Virus record (IMG/VR): IMGVR_UViG_3300045971_000195
Location: 1 to 64,000 of that record
Reading direction: 5' to 3' (one strand)
Origin: a virus
Taxonomy: Duplodnaviria > Heunggongvirae > Uroviricota > Caudoviricetes
DNA length: 64,000 nt
This document shows, piece after piece, positions 29,683-37,298 of the stretch; the first letter of the stretch is position 1, and every line of letters starts with the position of its first letter. The translations under genes were made by a program, and so were the position numbers. Below the pieces are notes generated by a model. The model saw only the letters and a list, made by a program, of their open reading frames with translations. It did not search any database and was not told the DNA's origin.

Positions 29683-30231
29683 TTAAACGTGATGTCCTTT
29701 AATTTCGCCCTTTAGTGCGTCCTTAATTGCATCCTCCATTAACATTACAATCTGGCCAGTTGCGTCAAAGCCCATATCACGTGCCCGGAACTTTTCTAAT
29801 CCGCTTTGGCCACCGTGTAAGTGACCATGAAAGTGAACAGCACCTCTGTGCATTTGATCCCATTCGGCAATCGGATAGTGAAACATCACAATCTTTGTTC
29901 CGTTATAGTTGATATCCAGGTACTTATGTACTTCGGAAAAACAGTTGTAAAACGACTTGTCGTGCAGTGCCTTCTTATCGTGATTACCTTCAACTAAAAT
30001 CTTAGTACCGTTTAGACGACGCATAATTGCAGTTGCCTTCTGTGCATTGTGAAATGCTACATCACCTAAGATGTAAGTCAAATCCTCCGGCTGCACAATT
30101 TCGTTCCATTCACGGATCATTGCTTCATCCATAAACACAACATCATTCTTAAACCGAGATCGGTTAATTGGACAAAACTTCATAATATTTGCGTGTCCAA
30201 AGTGCAAATCGCTTGTTACATATGTTCTCAT
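29683..30231 (-). CDS. calcineurin-like metallophosphoesterase
   Basis: 'SDLHFGH', 'GDVAF', 'GNHD', 'GHLHGG' motifs. Confidence 0.75.
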   Translation of the reverse strand: MRTYVTSDLHFGHANIMKFCPINRSRFKNDVVFMDEAMIREWNEIVQPEDLTYILGDVAFHNAQKATAIMRRLNGTKILVEGNHDKKALHDKSFYNCFSEVHKYLDINYNGTKIVMFHYPIAEWDQMHRGAVHFHGHLHGGQSGLEKFRARDMGFDATGQIVMLMEDAIKDALKGEIKGHHV

Positions 30232-30249
30232 TTTATTTTTCTTTCTTAA

Positions 30250-30290
30250 TATACATACATTATAACACAGGATTTACCATCTGTCAAGTA
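30250..30290 (-). promoter_or_regulatory. sigma70-type promoter TTGACA-N17-TATAAT
   Basis: minus-strand reading CTTGACAGATGGTAAATCCTGTGTTATAAT, upstream of phosphoesterase/ligase genes. Confidence 0.6.
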
Positions 30291-30412
30291 ATTTATTCGT
30301 TCCCAACAGTTGTCTTACGGCTGTTGTACCGTGCGTTATACGCATTCTCCTATATTAGATTCCCCCGGGTGTGGGCAACTTGGACAAAAACGAATAAAAT
30401 TTGTAAACGAAC

Positions 30413-30904
30413 TTAATCGTTAATCTCTGCAACGTATTTTACTAAATTCATTGCGATTGATTCGTTATTTTTTTTAGTATGTTGTAGTGCATACAATCTT
30501 CCTATTACTTCTGGATTTTTAGAATGCCTAACCCCCATTGCCCAATCTGGGAATTCTCGTTCGTCACGATCAATTGTAACTAGATTGTTAATATCTTTAT
30601 GTTTTGAACTTTTTCTAATACGGGCAAGAACCTCTACTAATATATCTTGTTTGCATTCTAATACTTGCAGAAAAGTTCCGCCACAGTATAACAAAAATCC
30701 TGTTATATCGTTTTCTTTATTGTATTTTCTAGAAGAGACTAACATTTCGTTTAACTCTTCATCAGTCATCAGCTTTGTAGCCGTACTGGTGTAAATGTAT
30801 TGCTTGATTTTCATATCACTTCCAAATATAAACACCCTGCGGTGCTTGAACCCACGGTAGCCCCACTCTTCATGGCCGGTCCTTGCTTTGGTCGACTTTG
30901 GCAA
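30413..30904 (-). CDS. BLUF-domain (blue-light FAD sensor) protein
   Basis: 'YQYIYTSTAT', 'ITGFLLYCGGTFLQVLEC', 'REFPDWAMG' match BLUF core Tyr/Gln/Trp positions. Confidence 0.7.
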   Translation of the reverse strand: MPKSTKARTGHEEWGYRGFKHRRVFIFGSDMKIKQYIYTSTATKLMTDEELNEMLVSSRKYNKENDITGFLLYCGGTFLQVLECKQDILVEVLARIRKSSKHKDINNLVTIDRDEREFPDWAMGVRHSKNPEVIGRLYALQHTKKNNESIAMNLVKYVAEIND

Positions 30905-31415
30905 GTTTTTCGGTGTTCCACTGTAGCTACTACAGGATATTTATACTTGCAGACTCAGTGCGGCAGGCTACGATACCTGCATCTCCTAGCGATTTACCTA
31001 ATAATCTACTTGCACCGCATTACTGATGCCGGAGGGATTCGAACCCATCTTCTCCTAGCGCATTTCCATTATGCTACGCGAGTCCTACGGGTCATGACTT
31101 CCGTAAATGGAGCAGGGTAATTAATCCTACTTACCATATATAAACACACTATCCTCTCTACCCATGTACCTCGGGACGGGCTGTTACCGTGCGAAGTATG
31201 TTTATATATGATATGAGCAAAATTACGAGTAGTGGACACTGCCCCTCTTAGGTCGTTCAAGTATTTTATCTCCACAACAATACAAGACACTTAGGCCGTT
31301 TGCAAGGCTCTCACACCATATGTAAGTACACTACCAAGAGTCCGATTCTTGCTAGGACGCATCAACTTTGTGTTTGCAACCACTAGGTATAACCTCGTCA
31401 TAATATACTTGCATA

Positions 31416-31491
31416 TGGTAGGACCACCGAGACTCGAACTCGGAACTGGCGGATTAAAAGTCCGCTGTGATAACCATTTCACTATGATCCC
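31416..31491 (-). tRNA. tRNA-Lys(TTT)
   Basis: anticodon arm GCGGA-CTTTTAA-TCCGC; T-arm CCGAG-TTCGAGT-CTCGG. Confidence 0.7.
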
Positions 31492-31496
31492 ATATA

Positions 31497-31570
31497 TGGT
31501 CCTCCGCCACAGACTCGAACTGTGTTCTTCCGGTTAAGAGCCGGTTGCTTCACCACTAAAGCTTGCAGAA
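31497..31570 (-). tRNA. tRNA-Lys(CTT)
   Basis: loop CTCTTAA; T-arm CACAG-TTCGAGT-CTGTG. Confidence 0.6.
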
Positions 31571-31691
31571 GGTGTTACGTATTTGTTTGTCTTTTACGTG
31601 CCACCTTAAACCATACATGGGGGTTTAAAGTGACACTATAGTTTAGCTGAACTTCGCTTCATATATAGTACCTCTTTTGTTTATGTGTTAA

Positions 31692-31730
31692 TTATACAGC
31701 GTTTTTGGTACGCTGTCAACCACTATTTTT
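31692..31730 (-). promoter_or_regulatory. sigma70-type promoter TTGACA-N17-TATAAT
   Basis: minus-strand reading GTTGACAGCGTACCAAAAACGCTGTATAAT, upstream of tRNA-Lys pair. Confidence 0.6.
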
Positions 31731-32124
31731 TAGAATTTGCCTTGTAGCTCGAAATCGCTACTCGTGCTAAAGATTGATGAACCCAATTTATTACATCAGG
31801 AATATGTGCAGGCTTTGTAAAGTACCTATCGGCTTTATGCTCAAGGATCCCTTCTTCGATATCTCTTTTTTCACTGTTTCCTGTGATAAGAGCAACTTTG
31901 GTTCCTTCTAACGCAGGGTTTGATCTTATGTAATCTAACACTGCATAACCACCTACATCTGGCATAACAACATCAAGTAAAACAACCATTGGTTTATTTT
32001 CTTTTAATATTGAAATAGCTTCTTCACCACCCGATGCTACTACTATGTGACAAGAATCTTTTAAAACTGTTGTCCATAGTAGGCGCATTTCTTTTCGATC
32101 ATCAACAATCAGCACTGCTGGCAT
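31723..32124 (-). CDS. CheY-like response-regulator receiver domain protein (stand-alone)
   Basis: 'LIVDD', phospho-Asp context 'LLDVVMPD', 'ALITG', conserved K in 'YFTKP'. Confidence 0.7.
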   Translation of the reverse strand: MPAVLIVDDRKEMRLLWTTVLKDSCHIVVASGGEEAISILKENKPMVVLLDVVMPDVGGYAVLDYIRSNPALEGTKVALITGNSEKRDIEEGILEHKADRYFTKPAHIPDVINWVHQSLARVAISSYKANSKK

Positions 32125-32153
32125 AATTAACTCCTAGTGATTGTATTTACTAG

Positions 32154-32654
32154 TTAACCGGAGTTTCCATCCTTGATGCGATACCCGGTAATCATGTCAT
32201 AGTCTTGCCAATTACCTAAATCGAACTGTTCTTTCTCATCGTATGTCCAACCTAGCACCTTCATCATCTTGTGCTTCACGAGTACATTCGGACTACGAAA
32301 GCGATCAGTATCATCAAACCCCATCTTGATTCCGATTTCAGCGACTGCACCGCTACGACATATACCTGCGTAGCAATGTACAATAACATTCATATCGTTG
32401 TCAAGTGCTCGTTGCAGTAATGCCACAAGCTGGCCTGCTTGAACATCACTTATGCGACATTCTTCGTCAAATATAGTATCCGTTTCTTCGATATCTAGGA
32501 ACTCGAATCTATGAGATTCCATAAAGTCATGCTTTGCTTCTGGCCACCAGGAGGTAGCAGTATCCATAATTTGGATAAGCATTGAACGTGGCCCAGGATC
32601 TTTGTGAAACGCCTTATTCATATCGTCGGCTGCTGCGTTTTGAATGAATGGCAT
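32154..32654 (-). CDS. Cys-based protein phosphatase (dual-specificity/PTP-like)
   Basis: CX5R P-loop 'HCYAGICRSG'. Confidence 0.7.
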   Translation of the reverse strand: MPFIQNAAADDMNKAFHKDPGPRSMLIQIMDTATSWWPEAKHDFMESHRFEFLDIEETDTIFDEECRISDVQAGQLVALLQRALDNDMNVIVHCYAGICRSGAVAEIGIKMGFDDTDRFRSPNVLVKHKMMKVLGWTYDEKEQFDLGNWQDYDMITGYRIKDGNSG

Positions 32655-32675
32655 ATCTTTCTCCTAAAATTTAAT

Positions 32676-32714
32676 TATAATATCAGTTTTACCTGATGTC
32701 AACCGTTGGTCTCC
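32676..32714 (-). promoter_or_regulatory. sigma70-type promoter TTGACA-N17-TATAAT
   Basis: minus-strand reading GTTGACATCAGGTAAAACTGATATTATAAT, upstream of phosphatase/CheY genes. Confidence 0.6.
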
Positions 32715-32781
32715 CCGGATGGAATCGAACCACCATTCCTAAGTTCGTAGCCTAGTGTATTATCCATTATACTACGGGGAG
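32707..32781 (-). tRNA. tRNA-Arg(ACG)
   Basis: loop CTACGAA; T-arm GGTGG-TTCGATT-CCATC. Confidence 0.65.
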
Positions 32782-32788
32782 AAAAATT

Positions 32789-32862
32789 TGGTGCGATGTA
32801 AAGGAATCGAACCTTTGTGTCTGTCGAGTCAGAACAGTGCTCTACCATTGAGCTAACAAAGC
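32789..32862 (-). tRNA. tRNA-Val(GAC)-like (two acceptor-stem mismatches)
   Basis: anticodon arm CTGTT-CTGACTC-GACAG; acceptor pairs imperfectly. Confidence 0.45.
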
Positions 32863-32866
32863 AAAT

Positions 32867-32956
32867 TGGCGGAAGATAATGGAATCGAACCATCCGCAGC
32901 TCATCGCCACAGGAACAACTTTCCAAGTTGCTTAGTGCCCAGCACTTCTACCTTCC
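32867..32956 (-). tRNA. tRNA-Ser(GGA), type II
   Basis: 90 nt; loop TTGGAAA. Confidence 0.6.
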
Positions 32957-33396
32957 TATTGTTGTTTTACTGCTTGAAGTGTTTGTTTTAACTTTTCGTC
33001 AGTTTGAATTGTGTTATTCTTGAGTGACTGTATTACAACTTCTTTAGGCTTCTGCAAATCAATCGCTTTTTGTTGTGCTTCGGTAATCTTCGGAGCAGCA
33101 ACAGGTGCCTGTGTAATTATGTTTACCGGTAATGCAGGTAGTTGTGCAACTTGCTTTGTTGGAATCATTACAGATAACAGTACTTGTAATTGACCATTAA
33201 CTGTTTGCAGGTGCATCACTTGCTCTTCTAATCTCTTATTTGTCTCGGACATCTGCTCTTGCAGTGCCTTTTCCTTTGCGTACCGTGCATCTATTGTGAT
33301 TGCTACCGGCACTGCTGATACAACAGCAATAATAACTGCTGCGATACCAAATGTACCTAACTTAGATATTGTTTCGCTTAATTCTTTTATGCTCAT
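32956..33396 (-). CDS. membrane-anchored coiled-coil protein (146 aa)
   Basis: N-terminal TM helix then Q/E-rich coiled coil. Confidence 0.45.
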   Translation of the reverse strand: MSIKELSETISKLGTFGIAAVIIAVVSAVPVAITIDARYAKEKALQEQMSETNKRLEEQVMHLQTVNGQLQVLLSVMIPTKQVAQLPALPVNIITQAPVAAPKITEAQQKAIDLQKPKEVVIQSLKNNTIQTDEKLKQTLQAVKQQ

Positions 33397-33405
33397 ATCA
33401 GTTCC

Positions 33406-33645
33406 TTAGTAATTTGCTATATAACCCCACGCATTATACTGCGAGGCAAAGCAATTAGTACCAACTGGTTGCGGATTTACATGTGCTACAACTTGTTGAG
33501 GAATTTGTTGTCCGTACTGATTAACTGCAAAATATTGGATAACACAAATGTTTCCGAATATTTGTCCGTTTTGCGCTTGCCATAGCATCGATGATGCAGG
33601 TAACGCTAAACATAAAAGAAGTAATATAATAAGTTTCTTGAACAT
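33406..33645 (-). CDS. small secreted protein (about 80 aa; internal start of track ORF 33406..33819)
   Basis: signal peptide 'MFKKLIILLLLCLALPASS'; the longer track ORF would overlap a tRNA-like gene. Confidence 0.4.
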   Translation of the reverse strand: MFKKLIILLLLCLALPASSMLWQAQNGQIFGNICVIQYFAVNQYGQQIPQQVVAHVNPQPVGTNCFASQYNAWGYIANY

Positions 33646-33663
33646 ATTATATTTATACTTAAT

Positions 33664-33788
33664 TGGTGGCGACCCAGGGATTCGAACCCCGACTCCGTCC
33701 TGATAATGGAAGTGTATTTGTAGTGCGGAAAACATCCTTGCCAGGATGCGCTTTTTTACTACGTGTGCTACCGTTACACTAAGTCGCC
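33664..33788 (-). ncRNA. atypical 125-nt tRNA-like RNA (tRNA body with about 50-nt insertion)
   Basis: acceptor GGCGACT/GGTCGCC, D-arm, T-arm CGGGG-TTCGAAT-CCCTG, A73 and encoded CCA; extra GTAGT/ACTAC-closed hairpin. Confidence 0.45.
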
Positions 33789-33862
33789 GAAAAATAACAG
33801 GATCAACTTTTATTTTCATTTACAGTGAAATTTTATTAAGTTTGCTGAACTGATCCTAAAAC
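33789..33862 (-). repeat. composite inverted-terminus repeat element abutting tRNA CCA end
   Basis: AATAACAGGATCAAC…TGCTGAACTGATCCTAAAAC directly followed by tRNA CCA. Confidence 0.6.
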
Positions 33863-33936
33863 TGGTACCTCGTTGGAGAATTGAACTCCCATCAACGGTA
33901 TGTAACACCGCTATTCTACCATTAAACTACCGAGGC
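33863..33936 (-). tRNA. tRNA-Val(TAC)-like
   Basis: anticodon arm GCGGT-GTTACAT-ACCGT; T-loop TTCAATT; CCA encoded. Confidence 0.55.
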
Positions 33937-34071
33937 ATAAAAAGGTTTTTGGGAGCATCTTTCGATGTTGTCTCGAGAAAGGGAGATCTTGTTTCTTTCA
34001 CGTTAAACCCGCGGTGTATTGCTACAGCGCCGCTACTTACGACTCAAACCTAACCGTCTATCCCAAAATGA

Positions 34072-34107
34072 GAACATACTAGCGTAATATAAGTATGTTC
34101 TCATTTT
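34072..34107 (-). terminator. perfect 16-bp hairpin abutting tRNA 3' end
   Basis: AAAATGAGAACATACT/AGTATGTTCTCATTTT with 11-nt loop, A/T runs at both stem ends. Confidence 0.5.
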
Positions 34108-34181
34108 TGGTGCTGAATGCGGGAATCGAACCCACGTAAGCTACGTACCAAGCAGCTAGGTTACCACTACATCAATTCAGC
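34108..34181 (-). tRNA. tRNA-Thr(GGT)
   Basis: loop TTGGTAC; T-arm GTGGG-TTCGATT-CCCGC. Confidence 0.6.
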
Positions 34182-34187
34182 TATTAT

Positions 34188-34265
34188 TGGTGCCCAGGAT
34201 GGGATTCGAACCCACACTGTACGGTTTCTAAAACCGTTGTCTCCTACCAATTGCACTACCTGGGC
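34188..34265 (-). tRNA. tRNA with anticodon TAG but short variable arm
   Basis: perfect anticodon arm ACGGT-TTTAGAA-ACCGT; 78 nt; Leu anticodon without Leu-type long arm. Confidence 0.55.
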
Positions 34266-34459
34266 TTAAATGGATCTTCTTCCGGACTAATTACAGGAGT
34301 ATAATCAGGCGTAGTTGGCTTCACGTCTAACGGAGCCGGTATTGTATCTGCAAATTGATTCTCGAGCGCAATATTCGAGTCTAAGAACTCTTGCCAGAGC
34401 GAATCACTAAATGATTCATACACATCAGGTACTGGGATTGCGTCTGTTGGGAGCTTCAT
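34256..34459 (-). CDS. hypothetical acidic protein (67 aa)
   Basis: ORF; slight overlap with tRNA 5' end. Confidence 0.25.
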   Translation of the reverse strand: MKLPTDAIPVPDVYESFSDSLWQEFLDSNIALENQFADTIPAPLDVKPTTPDYTPVISPEEDPFKPR

Positions 34460-34862
34460 AAAATTATTTAGTATTCAACACTCCGTAGCCGGGATTCTGT
34501 TCTATGCTAACATTAATCTATACCAAGTTCAATCACTACACTTACCTCCAGCACATTACATTAAGGTAGTTAATTCCGCCCGAATTTTTCAAGGTAATGC
34601 AACTAACAAGGAGAGTTGTTAGATCAAACTTAAATATTCTCCCCGGGTTTCAATCCGGATCATTGATGCCACAACCCGCACCTATAAGCAAAAGGTTCCC
34701 AGGTGCTGTTTGTGTTGCACACTATATCACGGTAGTATTAACGAGGATACTGCTACAACCAAAAAGGTCTTAGCCCAACTTTCATCGCAATATTGCTATT
34801 CCTTTGAAGTGCCTCTCCTACTCGCCCTTTGCGTGTGTCCCGAACTTCCTGACTTGCGCCCG

Positions 34863-35441
34863 TTAGCTCGAATGTTGAAATCGTTTAGCATTAGCGATAT
34901 TGTTTCCTAACATACGCTGATGCTTTTGTTCTTTAAGTATGTTAGCTTTTTCTTCGCCCAACATTTCTATATGTGTTCTACCTGCAAGTTTATCTCGGAC
35001 ATTGTCGCCCCATCCTGCTGGCATCGTGCGTCCCTTATACCATCCGTGTGGTATAGCATCGCTCTTGTTTGTTTTAACATTTTCAGTACCGTTAGTGATC
35101 CACATCTTACCAAACTGTGAATTTTTATCACCCGGACCACCGTAGCCTCCTTGCAGACCATCTTCGGGTTCTAAGTTAGCCCAATCTGCTGATTCTACTA
35201 TGTTATTCTTTGCACTAAAATCTAATGCAGTGGCTACACATTCGTCTTTGTCTGTATAGTAGCCTAATATTTCTGTTGTAACATTGTTACCGTGATAGTT
35301 AATGTGATTTAACCATCTTGTGCCCGACCCTTTATACTTGGATGGATCTTTAGTGATCGTTTTTCCAAAGTATTTTAAGCCAGTGTCGTTGTGCGTTTTA
35401 ATGTATAAGTAAGTGGGTTTGAACATACACTTATTTATCAT
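34863..35441 (-). CDS. GIY-YIG homing endonuclease
   Basis: 'TYLYIKTHNDTGLKYFGKT'; C-terminus 'NSQFGKMWITNGTENVKTNKSDAIPHGWYKGR' shared with the 36524 paralog; flanked by direct repeats. Confidence 0.75.
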   Translation of the reverse strand: MINKCMFKPTYLYIKTHNDTGLKYFGKTITKDPSKYKGSGTRWLNHINYHGNNVTTEILGYYTDKDECVATALDFSAKNNIVESADWANLEPEDGLQGGYGGPGDKNSQFGKMWITNGTENVKTNKSDAIPHGWYKGRTMPAGWGDNVRDKLAGRTHIEMLGEEKANILKEQKHQRMLGNNIANAKRFQHSS

Positions 35442-35497
35442 TTCTCAATAAAAACGAACTTCCTCTGTTGCCAGCGTTAGCTCGAATGTTGAAAAAT

Positions 35498-35570
35498 TGG
35501 TGCCTTATGGCAGAATCAAACTGCCGCAATCTGATTACGAAACAGATGTACTGTCACTATACGAAAAAGG
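35498..35570 (-). tRNA. tRNA-Thr(CGT)
   Basis: loop TTCGTAA; T-arm GGCAG-TTTGATT-CTGCC. Confidence 0.5.
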
Positions 35571-35576
35571 CAAATT

Positions 35577-35653
35577 TGGTACCCCTGGTCGGATTCGAAC
35601 CGACATCCAAAAACTTTTAAGGCTGTCCGCACTACCAATTAGCGTACAAGGGC
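35577..35653 (-). tRNA. tRNA, anticodon uncertain (loop CTTAAAA)
   Basis: 5' half nearly identical to tRNA 27932..28008; good T-arm/CCA; weak anticodon stem. Confidence 0.5.
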
Positions 35654-35661
35654 ATTAACTG

Positions 35662-35748
35662 TGGCTGAGGGAGTAGGACTTGAACCTACATACTCTTTAT
35701 GAGCGCTGATTTCAAAGACCAGTGTGGCTACCATTTCACCATCCCCCA
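35662..35748 (-). tRNA. type II tRNA with anticodon TTG (Gln-type anticodon on long-arm body)
   Basis: 87 nt; anticodon arm CTGGT-CTTTGAA-ATCAG; variable-arm hairpin. Confidence 0.5.
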
Positions 35749-35756
35749 ATAATATA

Positions 35757-35848
35757 TGGTACGAGCGGAGAGGATCGAACTCTCTCAAGAAGGCTAATCT
35801 GGCCCTAAAAGTCTTATAAGGACTCTCTGACTTCCAAGTCTCGCTCGC
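35757..35848 (-). tRNA. type II tRNA with anticodon TAT (unusual)
   Basis: 92 nt; anticodon arm GAGTC-CTTATAA-GACTT; T-arm GAGAG-TTCGATC-CTCTC. Confidence 0.45.
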
Positions 35849-35974
35849 ATAACAGGTTCTGCTTTTAAGTGCTGCCACTACACTAACACAGTGACTAACT
35901 CTGTGTCCGGGATTCGAACCCGGCCTCTTCATTTTGGAGATGATTAATTAATTGCTGTAAAGAACCTAATAGTC

Positions 35975-36052
35975 AAAAATAACAGGATCAACTTTTTAGT
36001 TTGAGAATGAATCAAATTTTATTAAGTTTGCTGAACTGATCCTAAAACTGGT
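35975..36052 (-). repeat. composite inverted-terminus repeat element (near-identical to 33789 copy)
   Basis: AATAACAGGATCAAC…TTTGCTGAACTGATCCTAAAACTGG. Confidence 0.6.
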
Positions 36053-36129
36053 GCTTGCTACGGTTCCCCGTACAGTAAGGCTAACTAGACTATGTCGTCC
36101 TTATATGCTACTCTTTACATTAAACAAGC

Positions 36130-36262
36130 GAATAAAACAGGATGCCTTTTTATTGACGGCTTTCAAGGCCGGTGCTCTACCTTAGAGCGTACTACGCATG
36201 GAGCGTGGTGTCGGAATCGAACCAACTGATCATAAATGATCGTTGCTGCAAGCATCCTAAAA
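36130..36262 (-). repeat. composite repeat element (GGATGC/GCATCC variant) enclosing a tRNA 3'-half minihelix
   Basis: AAAACAGGATGCC…GTTGCTGCAAGCATCCTAAAATG; inside, T-arm GTTGG-TTCGATT-CCGAC plus ACCACGC-T-CCA. Confidence 0.5.
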
Positions 36263-36443
36263 TGAATAAGCAGACTGAAATAAGAGTCAAGGGGAATCGA
36301 ACCCATCATTTCCACCATCCAGGCGCTCTCATGCCCGTTTCAGTCAGGCTCTGCTTAACTTGGGGGCGTCTGCCGGGTTTGACCGGCGCCTTCGGTCATA
36401 TACCGACCGATATACTTACTTTATACTAAGCTACCCATAAACT

Positions 36444-36517
36444 TGGTCTCGGTAGAAAGAATCGAACTTTCGCTTCTACGTCCCAAACGTAGGGTGATAC
36501 CATTTCACTACACCGAG
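36444..36517 (-). tRNA. tRNA-Pro(TGG), second copy
   Basis: anticodon arm CTACG-TTTGGGA-CGTAG. Confidence 0.6.
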
Positions 36518-36523
36518 ATAATA

Positions 36524-37186
36524 CTATATGACTCTACCTTTCCGCCATCCTTCGGGAATGGCGGAAGTCTTGTTAACTGATAAACTTTCTTTTCCATCGG
36601 TTATCCACATTTTTCCAAATTGAGAATTAGCAGACCCTTGTTGATGGGCTATTTTTTTATATGTTTCTTTTTTCTTCTCTTGTGAAGCAGGTAATGCTGC
36701 TTGCTCACATCCTTTAGCTCTCGACTTGCGATACAATTCTTCCATCGCTTGATCACCTTTCCAAACCGTTCGAAGTTGCTTAAATGCGGATCGCGAAGCG
36801 TCTTTCCACTTTTTGCAAATTTCTTCACTCCACAGATGCTTATTTGCGTAAAAACCAGCTTTACCTACTTTTGTTCTCTGTGCAGGAGTTAATATTTTGT
36901 TTATATAGTCAAATCCGCCGGTACCGCCTCTTCGCAAATTGTAAACATCATCTCTTGCTAAGAATTCGTCAGTAACAACTTCTTTTTCTCGAGCAAACAT
37001 GTCTTTTGAATTATCAAAAGTTTCTAAAATAGTTTTAGTAAAGTATTCGATACCATATTTGCGTATTGCGTTAGAAATAACTTTACCTGAGCCCATATAT
37101 CCGTCATCTAGTGACTTCGTTTTATGGACTCCCACATAAATCTTACCGTTAACGGTATTTTTAATTTCGTACAAATAGTAATGCAT
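36524..37186 (-). CDS. GIY-YIG homing endonuclease
   Basis: 'YYLYEIKNTVNGKIYVGVH' GIY-YIG; 'NSQFGKMWITDGKESLSVNKTSAIPEGWRKGR' C-terminus. Confidence 0.8.
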   Translation of the reverse strand: MHYYLYEIKNTVNGKIYVGVHKTKSLDDGYMGSGKVISNAIRKYGIEYFTKTILETFDNSKDMFAREKEVVTDEFLARDDVYNLRRGGTGGFDYINKILTPAQRTKVGKAGFYANKHLWSEEICKKWKDASRSAFKQLRTVWKGDQAMEELYRKSRAKGCEQAALPASQEKKKETYKKIAHQQGSANSQFGKMWITDGKESLSVNKTSAIPEGWRKGRVI

Positions 37187-37208
37187 ACTTTATTTATGCG
37201 TAACCTGT

Positions 37209-37290
37209 GGGTAGCTGAGGAATCGAACCCCAACCATTTCTAGTCCTGCTGTGTTCGAAACAGTGGTATGCCCAGCATACATAACTACCC
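37209..37290 (-). tRNA. tRNA-Ser(CGA)-like, CCA not encoded
   Basis: loop TTCGAAC; T-arm TGGGG-TTCGATT-CCTCA. Confidence 0.5.
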
Positions 37291-37298
37291 ATAAACTT

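Noticed and set aside
30840-30870. tRNA-like T-arm (GTGGG-TTCAAGC-ACCGC) at 30840-30870
   Set aside because: It lies inside the well-supported BLUF coding sequence and has no acceptor or D/anticodon partners. It is a chance match.
31069-31482. ORFs 31069..31290, 31291..31482 and 30800..31120 in the tRNA island
   Set aside because: Low-complexity translations overlapping tRNA-Lys and pseudo-tRNA sequence. No start context or promoter. Treated as spurious.
35639-35932. 97-aa minus-strand ORF from the six-frame track
   Set aside because: It lies entirely over three tRNA genes and a T-arm/hairpin element. Its translation is an artefact of tRNA sequence.
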